Part shown: piece by piece, positions 35,661 to 48,299 of the stretch | Layout of the letters: every line of letters starts with the position of its first letter | How positions within the stretch are numbered: position 1 is the first letter of the stretch | Assembly: GCA_976551045.1 (NCBI GenBank) | Contig: CDPCPM010000029.1 | Coordinates: 682,001-746,000 of the forward strand | Direction: 5' to 3' | Length of the DNA stretch: 64,000 nt | Source of the DNA: Glaucostegus cemiculus | Taxonomy: Eukaryota | The notes under the pieces: model-generated | The model's database searches: none | What the model saw: only the letters and a program-made list of their open reading frames with translations | Told to the model about the DNA's origin: nothing | Translations under genes and position numbers: made by a program

Positions 35661-36806
35661 TGAATTTAAATAGAGTGCAGGCAAATGTGAATTGCTTGGA
35701 CAAAACTTATTGCTTTTCTTGAATTATTGTTGCATGTACACTGAAAACTCAATCCAAAAAATTATACATTGGCCTAAAGCATGTTGCTGTTGGCAAGCTA
35801 TAGGCACTCACCAGTGATATGTGCATCAACTGTGAACCTACTTCTCATAAATCCTGTTATATTGACTTGCTATTGAGTATTGAAGCAATCCCAAATAGCA
35901 AGGCACTGTGTGATGGCAGGGTCTTGCGCAATATAACATTGCTATGTGAGGGAGACAGGATGAGTCCACAAAACAGCCAGCAAACCCTGGCTTTCAGTAA
36001 CTATTAAAACTTCAATTATATGATTGAAATAATAAATTACTAAAGATTTATTCTTTAATGAATAAAAGCAGTTATTGATGCTTTTAAATAATTAAAAGCA
36101 AACTCAATTAATTCAAAAAATTCAAATTTTTGTATAAATGCCATTCTACATTCCTCTTCATTCAGATAATTGAGCTTACTCTTCCTGCACCAGGTCTAAC
36201 CTTGCACAGGTTCATCAGGTGAATCCCTTGGTGTAGCTGCGTGGAAACTGCATCAAATTCTTGCTTCACCACTGGATTCCATGTAGAGTCAGGTGTTGGA
36301 ATGAGACTGGAAGATTGCCAGCAGGGCTTGGCAGGCAAGTTCAGGACGTCATGCACATGGAAGCCCCAAACCTCCTGATATTTGCCAAGCGTTGGTGCTA
36401 GTGTTTCTCAGTAAATCCTGCCCATCGTGCTCAACTTTGAAGGTGATATTTCTAGCTGCATTCTGATTTTAGATTCTAAATGGAGAACTGATGCAGTATC
36501 CAAGTAGTCACCCCTAGGAATCCAGCCTGTGGACTTGTGCCAGGTTAGAATTGGTGCAGAAATAGTAAGCCTGTTCATTTGAATGAAGAGGAATGGCTGT
36601 GAGGGGTGAGGGATAAGAATATGATAATGTACATTTTAGTTTTCATTAATTGAGTTTGCTTTAATATTTTTAAGTCTTAAAGTGACTTTAAAATGTTTCC
36701 CAGTAGGTTCTGGCCTGTACGTCTATGTGGCTTTGATTGCTGTTTTAAAATCCTACTTGCATGTAAGATCAACTTGTTTATCATTTTTCACGCAAATATA
36801 TATTAG

Positions 36807-36945
36807 CACCTTAAAACACTTGGATGCCATTTCATCTATTGGAGCAACTGGATTGACGGACACAAAGAAACTGGCTAAGTGGGCAGCAGAGTCGAGGCTT
36901 GATCCAAATGATCCCAGCAATGCAGCTCTAATGCAACTAATAATG
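36807..36945 (+). CDS. CC2D2A: CC2D2A window-exon 13 (139 nt)
   Basis: tattag|C ACC TTA...ATA ATG|gtaaga; [46 protein letters not shown]; phase 2 to 0. Confidence 0.95.
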
Positions 36946-37099
36946 GTAAGATGACTTAACTTACCGGGGTATAGTCCCTCCAAGGTGCAACGGAAGTGAA
37001 GTGTTAACCATGATAAACTCTACCTCTTTCCAACACTTGGAACAGTTATAGAATATTAAAGAATATTTTATTTACAGCGCGGTAACATTTATTTTATTT

Positions 37100-38330
37100 G
37101 CCGCACTGCCTTGAGGCATGAAAGTTTCCTTTCTGCATAGTATTCCACAGCCATCACTCCAGAGGTCTGAGCTTGCATTTCAGCAACATGAACATCCATT
37201 CCAGCACTCAAGGTGGCTGCTGCCTGCGTTCCAGTGAAAGCTGTGAGAATGGCCTTCTGACATTGTTTTAAGTCTACACCAGAAAGGATAGACTTCAATT
37301 TCTGCATTAAACTATGTGCCAGATTGGTGTTGGATTGCATGTTCTTAGAATTTGAATGCGGGCTTTCCAGAGCACCGAGCGTTTCATTGCCGGTGTGTAT
37401 CACTGTTTTTGGGAGGGGTGGTTAAGGAAAGCAGTGTTAGTTGGCAGGGTAGTATGATGTTGTGAGGAGGGCACAAGCCCTAGAAATACCTCTGCAACAG
37501 TGAAGGAAAATTGTGCTGTGCAATTGAAAGTAGCTTAAACCAGAGTAGAGCAAAACTGCACTTAGTCTCAGTTTCTTTAGGCCCTGTGGGAAATTTGACT
37601 TTCTGGCAGAACTTTCAGAACTCAAGTGTGAAAATTCTCCCAAATGATGTCTACAATCATTTTCATAATAGTTGCAATGGGAATTTCAACCTAATTCTTG
37701 TTTACTCAAAGAACAACCAACTTTAACTCTGCCTCCCCAGAAATCATGCTGTTTGAAGGGCCACCACTCAAATGACATTCTTTGCTAGTGTGCCCACAGT
37801 ACTCAGGACCCACACTACTCACCCTTAAGAAGTAGCCTCCTTTGCATCATCAATGATTTTTCTGCATTCCAACTTGATATTCAACAAAGATTTGTCTATT
37901 ACCTAGTTGTCGTCTTGCTAAGTGGCATGAAGGTGGACCATAGGGTTCAGGGACATCAAAGAGGGTGGGGGGAAACATAAGGGAGGAGGCACAAGAGGTG
38001 CACTATATAAGATCTTATCCAATCAGACAGGGAACATATAGTCATGGCCAGAATTCTTTGCGGGGCAATGTCCACACACACAGGCTTGGCAAGACCATCC
38101 TCATTGAGATCTTCCTACAACCTCGGTCTCATGCATTGCCTGGACTGTTTTGCTTGTGGGCACCATGGTCACTGCCACTTTTGGCTTCCTGACCTTGGCG
38201 TCATTCTAGGCGGCTGCTGCTGCGGCTGCTAATCTTTGTCACATCAACAGTTTGCTGCACATTGGGTAGGTACCCCAAGCTCCACACCTCAGAATACTTC
38301 ATCCACTTTTTCTTCAGCCAACAGAAAGAA
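37100..38330 (-). mobile_element. Possible decayed PIF/Harbinger Myb/SANT-like gene remnant
   Basis: Helical 104-aa ORF at 37089-37403, plus frameshifted KYSEV-ELGV and PKVAVTMVPTSKT...QCMR traces upstream; resemblance recalled only. Confidence 0.3.
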
Positions 38331-38469
38331 ATGAAAGGGGGCGAGGGGATTGATGAAATTGTCGGCCTCTGCAATCTGCAGGATTTCATAGGGTTGTAGC
38401 CCTTGTAGGTCTCCATGGCCTCCTTACATAGACAACACACCTCCAGACTTCTTGACACCAGGTAAAAGA

Positions 38470-39720
38470 CTGTGACCATCCACCTTAACTATGCCTCTCG
38501 TGATTTTATAAATCTCTGAAGGTCACCCATCAGCCTCCTTCACTCCAGGGAAAACAGTCCCAGTCTATCCAATCTCTCCTTGTATCTCAAGCCTCCAGTC
38601 CCGGCAACATTCTTGTGAATCTTTTCTGTGCTCCCTCTAGTTTAATCACATCCTTCCCTTCATATGGCGACCCGAACTGCACACTAGCTTCCAGGTGTGG
38701 TCTCAGAAATGTCTTTCACAGCTGCAACATGGTATCCCAACTCTTCTGCTGGGTACCCACACCAATGAAGGCAAGAGTGCCATACACCTTCTTCATTACT
38801 CTGTTTATCTGTCACCACTTCAAGGGAACTATGTAACTGTACCCCCAGATCTTTGTGTTCTACAACATTCCTCAGGGCCCTGCCATTCACTCTGTACTGT
38901 ATGTCCCGCCCTTGCTTTACTTCCCAAAATGCATCACTTTGCACTTGACCAATTAAATTCCATGTGCCATTTCTTTGCTACTTTCCCAGTTGACCTAATT
39001 CTTCTTTTAACCTTACAAAACCTTCTTTACTGTCCACGACACCACCAATTTTGGTGTCATCTGGAAACTTATCAATCGTGCCACATATATTCTCATCCCA
39101 AAATTATATATGACAAACAACATAAGACCCAGCACCAATCCTTGCACAGCACCACTGGTCACAGGCCTCCAATCAGAAAACAACCCTCCACCAGCACCTC
39201 TGCCTCCTACCACCAAGAAAATTTTGTATCCATTTGGCTAGCTCACCCTGCCCTTGTCACTCTTCTTTGTCACCTCTTATAGAAACTCAATCAAATTTGT
39301 GATGTGTGATTTTCCCATACACAAAGCCATGCTACCATCCCTTGCCTTTTCAAATGTAGATGGATTCTCCCTCTTAGAATCCCCTCCAATAATGTTCCCA
39401 TCACTGATATTAGATTCACTGGCCTGTAGCCCTGGCTTGTCCATGCAACTCTTCTTAAATAAAGACACAACATTAGCAACCCTCCAGTCTTCTGGTACCC
39501 CACCCGTGGCTAACAAAGAAACAAAAATGTCCACCAACGCCCCAGCGATTTCTTCCCTTGCTTTCATCAACTTCTGAGGATACACTTGGTCAGGCCCTGG
39601 GGATTTATCTACCATTATGCCCCTCAGGGTCACCAACACCTCCTCTTTCATAATGTCCACATGTTTCAGAATATCACTGTTCGCTTTCATGAACTCACTA
39701 GCTTCTATGACCTCCTCTGT
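38470..39720 (-). mobile_element. CR1 LINE fragment with internal deletions
   Basis: DKSPGPDQVYP, EEIAGALVDIF, VPEDWRVANVVSLFKK, WRPVTSGAVQGLVLG. Confidence 0.9.
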
Positions 39721-40289
39721 GGTACAAGGCTTCTGATCACACATGGAGTACAGCAGATAGTTTTGATATAATTATTTAAGGAAGAAAGTTCTTGCCTTGG
39801 AAGTTCACTAGTTGTATTCCTTGGAGGAGATTGTTATCCTATAAGGAGCTATTGAATGGGCCCATATACTCAGAGTGCAAACAAACTAGAGGTGATCTCA
39901 TTGAAACCTATACAGGAAGTGCAAACTTGCACTGTCTACGACTGGTAAACCTGAAGACCAGGGAGCTGAAAAGGAGTGGACCATGACTAATGGATTTGGT
40001 ATGGTGATATCAATTCATTCAATGGTTCATCCACATCATTGACCATGCCCTCATCAGTTGCCTACCCAACATTGTATAATACTGGCTCCTCTATGAAAAT
40101 GAGACTTACTGGCACATCTTCGACCTTCTAGTCAGTTTCTACTGTGTTCAGATGTATACCACCTTGTCAGTGAATGTCATGGAGATCATTCGGATGAAGC
40201 AACTGTCGTAGTTAATTAGTCTTTACAAGTAGCCTTCACATGGAAATATTCCCACTGTTTGTGCCCTTGTCCAGGAAGTGTAGGGAAGA

Positions 40290-40680
40290 TGGATTGTGTA
40301 TATTGGAAATCAGCAAGAGGATTTGAGTACAGGAACAAAGATGCCTTGCTACATTTACAAAGGATTTTGGTGAGAACACATATAGAGTATTGTGCAGCTT
40401 CTATCTACTTACCTAAGAAAGTAAACATTTGCACAGAGTACTGCAGTGAAGATTCACCTGATATTCCTGGAATAGCAGGGTTGTTGTATGAGGAGAGATT
40501 AATTCAACTATATCAATATTCACTTGAGCTTAGAATGGTGAGAGAGATCTATTTGAATCTTACAAAGTTATGACAGGGCTAGACAGACATGTGGGAACAA
40601 TTGATTCTGGCTGAGGTGTCTACTGTGAATGGGTCATAGTCTTTGGTTACAAGGCAAGAAACTTAGGACTATGATGAGAA
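40290..40680 (+). mobile_element. Ancient CR1 3' fragment
   Basis: ARGFEYRNKDALLHLQRILVRTHIEYCA...LLYEERL. Confidence 0.7.
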
Positions 40681-40684
40681 TTCC

Positions 40685-42940
40685 TTGGTATTGGTTTTAT
40701 TATTGTCACTTGTACCAAGGTACACTGAAAAACTTGTCTTGCGTACCAGTCATTCAGATCAATTCATTACACAGTGCATTGAGGTAGTACAGGGTAAAAA
40801 CAATAACAGAATACAGAGTAAAGCGTTACAGCTGCAGTGCAGGTAGACAATAAGGTGCAAGGTCAGAACAAGGTAGATTGTGAGGTCAAGAGTCCCTCTC
40901 ATCGTATAAGAGAACCATTCGATAGTCTTATCACAGTGAGATATAAGCTGAAATTGAGCCTGGTGGTATGTGCCCTCAAGGCTCTTGTATCTTGTGCCTG
41001 ATGACAGAGGGGAGAAGGGAGAATGACCTGGGTGGGTGGGGTCTTTGATTATGCTGGCTGCTTCACCAAGGAAGTGAAGAGGTATAGACAGAGTCCATGG
41101 AGGGGAGTCTGGTTTCTGTGATGTGCTGGGCTGTGTCCACAACTCTCTGCAGTTTCTTGCAGTCCCGGGCAGAGCAGTTGCCATACCAAGCTGTGATGAA
41201 TCCAGATAAGATGCTTTCTATGGTGCATCAATAAAAGTTGGTGAGTGTCAAAGGGGACATGCCAAATTTCTTTAGCCTCCTGAGGAAGTAGAGGCGCTGG
41301 TGAGCTTTCTTGGCCATGGCATCTGCATGGTTGAACCAGGACGGGCTGTTGATGATGTTCACTCCTAGGAACTTGAAGCTCTCAACCCTGTCGACCTCAG
41401 CACCACTGATGTAGACAGGTGCATGTGCACCACCCCTCTTCCTGAAGTCAATGACCAGCTCTTTTGTTTTGCTGACATTGAGGGAAAGGTTGTTGTCATG
41501 ACATCATATCACGAAGCTCTCTATCTCCTTCCTGTACTCTAACTCATCATTATTTGAGCTACAGCCCACTACGGTGGTATCATCTACAAACTTGTAGATG
41601 GAGTTAGAGCAGAATCTGGCCACACAGTCATGAGTGTATAGGGAACAGAGGGCTGAGGATGCAGCTTTGTGAGGCACCAGTGTTGAGAATAATTGTGCTG
41701 GAGGTATTGCTGCCTATCCTCACTGATTGCAGTCTGTTGGTCAGAAATTCAAGGATCCTGTTGCAGAGGGAGGTGTTGAGTCCCAGGTCTCAGAGATTGG
41801 TGATGAGTTTGCTTGTAATTATAGTATTGAACGCAGAGCTGTAGTCAATAAACAATTGTCTAATGTAGGTGTCTTTACTGTCCAGATGCTCCAGAGATGA
41901 GTGTAGGGCCAGAGAGATGGCGTCCGCTGTAGACCCATTTCAGCGGTAGATGAATTGAGATAGTCAAGGTTTCCTTGGAGGCAGGAGTTAATGCGTGCCT
42001 TGACCAGCATCTCAAAGCACTTCATGATGGTAGATGTCAGAACCACCAGTCAGTAGTCATTAAGTCATGTTACCTTGTTTTTCTTAGGTACTGGGATGAT
42101 AGTGGTCTTCTTAAAACAGGTGGGAACCTCAAATTGGAGAGGTTAAATATGTCTGCAAATACCCCCGCCAGCTAATCATCACAATATCTGAGAACACAGC
42201 CAGGGACACCATCTGGGCTAGATGCTTTCCTCCAGAAAACTGAACTTGTGTCCTCGACGGTGACCGCGGGTTCAGTTGCATTATAGACTGTCAGGGTAGG
42301 TGGTGACAAACCAATCCCCTTCTGTTCAAAGCGTGCATAGAATGTGTTAAGCTCATCAGAAAGGGATGCACTGTTGTTGACAGTGCTTCCTGATTTCATT
42401 CTGTAGCCTGTTATAGCATGTTAGTCCTGCCACAACTGACAGCTGGTCTGGGACTCTATTTTGAACTGGTAATATCTCTTGGCATCTCTTATAGCTTTAT
42501 GGAAGTTGTATCTCTATTTCTTGAAAAGGTCAGGGTCACCTGATTAGAATGCAGCAGTCCTTAACTTTAGTAAGGAGTGGATCTCCATGTTCATCCATGG
42601 TTTCTGGTTTGGGAACACTTATATTGTCCTCATTGGTACACACTTGCTGATAAAGTCTGTGATGGTGGTGACATACTCATCTAGGCTGGCAGCTAAGTCT
42701 TTATACATGGACCAGTCCACTGACACAAAGCAGTCGCATAGAACTTCATCAATTTTCAGTTTCTGTTTGTATGCAGGGAGGAGGAGCACAGCCTGGTGGT
42801 CTGATTTACCAAAGTGAGGGTGGGGAGATGGTTTGGAAGGCATGGTTGATGGTGGTATAGCAATGGTCAATGGTGGAAGGGCCCTTGGTGGGACAGGAGA
42901 CATGCTGGTAGTACTTTGGTAACACAATCTTGAGGTTGGC
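40685..42940 (-). mobile_element. Rex1/Babar family 2 LINE (endonuclease end, RT, 3' UTR), degraded
   Basis: PHFGKSDHQAVLLLPAYKQKLK, LSDELNTFYARFE, KASSPDGVPG, VLTSTIMKCFEMLVK, IIKDPTHPGH; tail gtgacaataataaaaccaatacc. Confidence 0.9.
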
Positions 42941-43549
42941 TTTTCACCCTTTCACTGAAAGTGTGGTGAATTTTAAGAATTCATTACACAGTCACACTCT
43001 CCAATAGTTGAAAGAGCACTGGTTCTATCGTATGCTAACTATTGGCAGCTGCAAGTTCTTGCAATAGGTTCATGAAATAGGATGTTATACTGTAACTAAC
43101 AAAACATGACATTACACATCAAGCATGTTTTGAGCTGCAAGGGGTTATGAGGAAAATGTGGGAATGTGATATTGAGAACAATGGTTGTATTGAATGGCAG
43201 GGCAGTAAGGACTACTGCTCCTATGTTCTATTTATTTTCTACACAACCGCAGTTCAGTGAGTTTAAAAATCAGCTGCAAGTAAATCTTTTGAACTCAGAT
43301 ACATTTGGAAATGCCTAGGTTAATAAAAGTTGACCTGTACAGATCTGGAAAATCTGTATCTGTTCAGATAAGAATGACTGACGACATGTGGAGGATCTTG
43401 GGTATAAGCCTTTATCCGACCATATGGTGGTGCAACAGACTGAAGTGGGTTTATTTGTGTGTTATTTTCCATCATCAACTCACTTGGCATGGTGCTGCTG
43501 CTCATTTCGGTTTAAACGCAGTCACCTTTGGCATAGCTAATTGAAATTT

Positions 43550-45350
43550 AAGATGCTGGCAATATCAGCCACATCTGTGGGTAGAAGATCAGAGTTAACA
43601 CTTCAAGTCAAATGCCCTTTATCAGAACTGGGAGGGAGAAAAAAATAAGGTTGTTAAGCTGCAGGAAAAGTGTAGGAGAGCAGGAATGTCTCTGATATGG
43701 TAAAACACCAGGGTGACTATGGAGCTAAACTGTAAACAAGGTTATCTGGTCAATGAGTGAATGGGAGCAGTTAGAGAGGGCGAATGTAGACAAAAGAATG
43801 TAAATGTTAAAAGAATGGAATTAGAATAGGAAGACATGCCCGGCAGATCAAGCTGGCCATATCCTCTACTTCCAGAGGGAAAAAAGGAAAAAAATGGGAA
43901 AGAAAAAAAACAAGATGAGCCAATATCGTAAGTCAAGTTAACTAAAGTGTAGAATTCACTACTGAGTTCAGAAGGCTGTAACCTGCCAAAACAGAAGATG
44001 AGGTGCTGTTCCTCAAGCTTGCATTGGACCTCAGTGTAACAGTGTAGGAGGGCACACATCGATAGGTCAGAGTGGGACTGGGATGGGGAACTAACATGGC
44101 ATGCCATGGAAAGCTCAGAAGTCACCCGACCTGCATTTGGTTTCTCCAGTGTAGAGGACACCACGCTGTAAATACTGAATGCAGTACACTAGATTGGAAG
44201 AAATGCAATGAATGGCTGCTTCACCTGGAAGGACTGTTTGGGTCCCTCGATGGTGTGATGGGGAGAGGTGAAAGGACAAATGTTGCGTCACCTGCAATTG
44301 TAAGGGAAAGTATTGTAAGAAGGTGTTATTTAGTGGGAATGGAAGCATGGATCAGGGAATCACAGAGGGAAAGGTCCCTTCCAAATACTGAAAAGGGAGG
44401 AGAAGGGAAAATGTGCCTGCTGGTGGAGTCTCTTTGAAGGTGATTGCAGAGAATAACGTTTTGAATGTGAAAGCTGGTGGGGTAGAAGGTGAGGCCAAGT
44501 AGAATTCTAGCCTTGTTCTATGATGGAGGAAAAAGGTAAGTTGGAGGAAATGGATGAGATGTGATAACAATGGTAACGGGAAGCCATGGTTCAGAAAGAA
44601 GGAAGACATTTCAGAGACACTTGTATGGAAACTCTCATCATTGGAGCAAACATGACGGAGATAGAGGAACTGGGAGGATTGAATAGAGTGCCTACAGGAG
44701 GCAGAGTGGAATAAACAGTAGTCAAGATAGCTGTGAGAATTGGTAGGTCTATAATGGGTGTTAGTAGCTTGCCTGTCTCCTTAAATGGAAACAGAGATCC
44801 AGAAAAGAAAAATAAGGATCAGAGACTGACCATGTGAAGATGAGAGCAAGGCGGAAGTTGGCAGCAAAAGTAATGAAATTATGAAGTTCTGCATAAGTGA
44901 GTGCAGGAGGCAGCACCAATGTAGTTACCAATGTACCAGAAATAGAGTTGAGGGAGTGGGCCCAGGTAACTGAAACAAAGACTGTTCCACATATCACACA
45001 AAATGACAGGCAAAGCTTTGGCCCTTTGATCTGGAGGAAATGAGTGGAGTTAAAGGAGAATTCCGGTGAAAACAAGTTCAGCCAACCAAATGAATGTGTT
45101 GGTGGAGGGGAACTGATCAGGCTCTGCTTGGGGAGAAAGCAGAGGGGCCTCAGACCATCCTGAAGTGGGATGGAGCTATAAAGAGATTGTATGTCCATGG
45201 TGGAGATGAGCCTGCTGGAACCAGGAAACTGTAAACAGTCAAAGTGGTGTAGAGCATCAGAGGCATCATCTGTGAGGTGGCCTGACCTGCTGAATAGTTT
45301 AAGCATTTTCTGTTGTTATTTTAGATTTCCAGCACTGCAGTTTCTTTTGA
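43550..45350 (-). mobile_element. Penelope-like retroelement with inverted pLTR fragment at its 5' end
   Basis: TMDIQSLYSSIP, FSFNSTHFLQIKG, NFITFAANF, SSNLVYCIQ..G.LYTGETK (GIY-YIG), KLEEQHLIFCFGRLQP; pLTR pieces at 43550-43630 and, inverted, at 45280-45350. Confidence 0.88.
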
Positions 45351-46362
45351 TTCTCAGCTAATTGAAACTTGTCTACTTTGATGACTTTAATCAAGATGTT
45401 TGTTCATTTTCCTGCTGTCTGCTTTTAGTTTTGTTATTTTTTGTTTTGTATTTGCTTTATTTTCCTTCATTCAGTCATAAGTTGCTGAAATGAAAATTGA
45501 ACATTCCTTTTGTACTTAGTTCTTCAGTTCTATCTTTCATTTACTGCTTTGTGGCCTTTGATGTTCTTGTTTAAAGCTAATCATTACCTCCCACGTATGT
45601 CACTTCTTTATCTTCCTCTTTTTCTCTTGTTCTTCTTTACGCTTTCTAAAGTCAAACTAATCCAAATTCAAAATTGGTCAAAGTTAACTAAGCCACCTGT
45701 CATCAGATCTAGCTTGAGCATGTTAAACCTTTGATGTTATTCTTTTCTTTCCCCTGATACCTCCTTTCCCCTGACTCTTCTGAGCAAATTTGCAGTCTTG
45801 ACATTCTGTGTAACCTTGATCTGACCTGCGAACTCCTTGTTCTCTCCATTACCGAGCATATGTGCATCAATTCAACATTGCCTACACCTTTATCATAAGC
45901 TCAGCTGCAGTTCCAAAGCATTTAAACAAGCCTTTTTGTCTACATTGGTCAAAGGTATTTCATACTACTTGCCCTGTACCAGCACTGCTCACCATGCCCC
46001 ACATCTTTGTTGACCTCCATGTTGTATCAGGTTAAGTTCTAAATCTTTACATGATACAATCTTTACTAGTGCTACAATCTCAAATGATTTGCTCTATAAA
46101 GTATACCCTTCATTACAAAGTCCCACTCTTTTGCCTTTAGTGATTGAGGATCATTAGCTGTGCTGTTCCTATCATTTGGAATTTTATCTGATGGCATAAT
46201 CACTTTCCCTGCATATTTCCACATGTCTGGCCATCTTTTAAAATATCTTAAGGTTCTTTCATATGATTTCTGCCTTGGTTCCATTTTCTTTCTTTATGAA
46301 GCACTACAGTGCACTTCTTTGCACTGAAATAAACTTTTAAACTCAAGTTATTTATTTTGTAG

Positions 46363-46566
46363 TCTGCCACAAATGGTGAGGAACAGGACAAAGATTACTT
46401 CAGGCTTGAGCACCTGCAAGAAGAATTTAACTTTGTTTCAGAAGAAGATTTGAACAAATCCAAGAGATTTCGACTGCTACAGCTCCGAAATGAAAGAGTG
46501 ACAGAGTTCCTGAATTATAAACAAATTCCCATTCAGGATTCTGAGATTTCTGAGAAGATTTTCCAG
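46363..46566 (+). CDS. CC2D2A: CC2D2A window-exon 14 (204 nt)
   Basis: ttgtag|TCT GCC ACA...TTC CAG|gtaaga; [42 protein letters not shown]...EKIFQ. Confidence 0.95.
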
Positions 46567-47070
46567 GTAAGATTTGTAGCATTTCATAGGTTTACTGGTG
46601 CCCTAAGCTGTGACCTTGCAAAGCACTACCTCCAGAAAATACGGTAAAAGCCAGATCAACTCCAGTTATTCAGCACGTATGATTGATGAGCCACAACCAT
46701 GAAGTAATGTCTCCAGCCTAACAGATAGTAAAGTACATTACCTGGATGTTACCAAAAATACAGCAAAAGAACAAATGACTCCATATTAATATCTCCTCAT
46801 TGGATTGAGCATATTTTATTCAGCAGCTTGGTGTTATTAGTGCTTTGGCACACCAGTGTTCAGTTTTGATTGCTGACATGCAGGGTTTCTATCCTCAGTC
46901 AGGCACTTGGGGTCATTAAAGATACTCCTATTTATAGAACAAGATATTGAACGGAGGAGTAAGATGACAAATAATAAGAAACAATTTGTTAATTTAAAAA
47001 AACATTTGCAAATTAACCTCACTTTATGCATGCAGTGCTGCATTTTGTTTTGTTTTTACCCCTTCTTTAG

Positions 47071-47163
47071 GAATACAAGAAGAAACAATGTGAAAGAGAG
47101 ACAGTTGATATGACAAGCCACCTCGATGCCCAAAGAGCAAAGGTAGCAAAATACCTGCAAAAG
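47071..47163 (+). CDS. CC2D2A: CC2D2A window-exon 15 (93 nt)
   Basis: ctttag|GAA TAC AAG...CAA AAG|gtaatc; EYKKKQCERETVDMTSHLDAQRAKVAKYLQK. Confidence 0.93.
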
Positions 47164-47394
47164 GTAATCTAATAGCACTGAAAATGGCTAAATATTTTTT
47201 TCAGATTATAAAAGGCTTTTGACAGTTTGCAGTTTAAAATTAAAGACATGTACTTCATTTATTGCATGAATACTCACCATCAAATTTGTTACTAAGTGAT
47301 TTACAGAGAGGGGTTCAATTTACAAAAGTTTTTTTTGTCTATCTTTTACAATCTGGTATTGTATTTGATATTTACACTGGTAGTTACTACAACT

Positions 47395-47600
47395 ACCAGA
47401 ACATGGAACACTACAGCACAGTACAAGCTCTTCAACCCATGATATTGTGCTGACACTTTATCCTGCTCTATGATCTATCTAACCCTTCCCTCCCACATAG
47501 CCCTCAATTTTTCTATCATTCGTGTGGCTATCTAAGAGTTTCTTAAGTGTCCCTAATGTATCTGCCTCCACAAACTCTGCCTCCACAAACCACTGTCAGT
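47395..47600 (-). mobile_element. CR1 3'-end fragment
   Basis: gaacatggaacactacagcacagtacaagctcttcaaccc is the reverse of a CR1 tail. Confidence 0.7.
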
Positions 47601-48299
47601 GCTCATCTTTGCTGAGTATTTATTAATGATGTAAAAAATGGACACAAAATAGCACCCTAGTGGTTAGTGACCACAAAACAAGCGAGAATAATATGACAGT
47701 GTAGTCAGAACTAAGATGAAGAAGTGAAGTTGGCACATTGCTTACCAACTAGATTAAATTGAGCATTCAGTACTACTGAGGCATACTTTTAAAATTATGG
47801 TGTTACAGGATAAGAGAGACCAAAATCAGTTAATGTTACTTTAAAGTGAGATAATTAACATATTTAAAACTGAACTGAACTGGAAGTTTGGCTCTTATTG
47901 GGCCAAGAGCAATAAATGCTGCTGGTTAGGCATTTTCCTGCATTGGAAGATGCTTTCTTGCAGTAAATTAATGGAAATGGGGAACAATGGGACATTTAAG
48001 ACACCAACTTTATTTCCTCAAAGAATTAAATTTAAGATTTGAGAACATAAAAATATTGGAGGAGTGTGAAGTTAAGTCAGATCACGTAAAGGACAAATAA
48101 AGAGAAGGAAAATGAGATTAGATTAAGAGAGGATGTAAGAGTCAAACAGGAAAAATAAAACAAGTGTTTAAAATCTGATATTTTTTTCTAAATTGTTAAA
48201 GACTAACTCTGAATGAGAATGAGGACTATACATAATTTATTTAATGAGTAAGGGAAACAATAAAGAACTATTGTTCTTAGAATATTGTTCTAAGGACAT

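Noticed and set aside
38695-39282. 195-aa His-rich + strand ORF
   Set aside because: Antisense reading of the CR1 fragment at 38470-39720.
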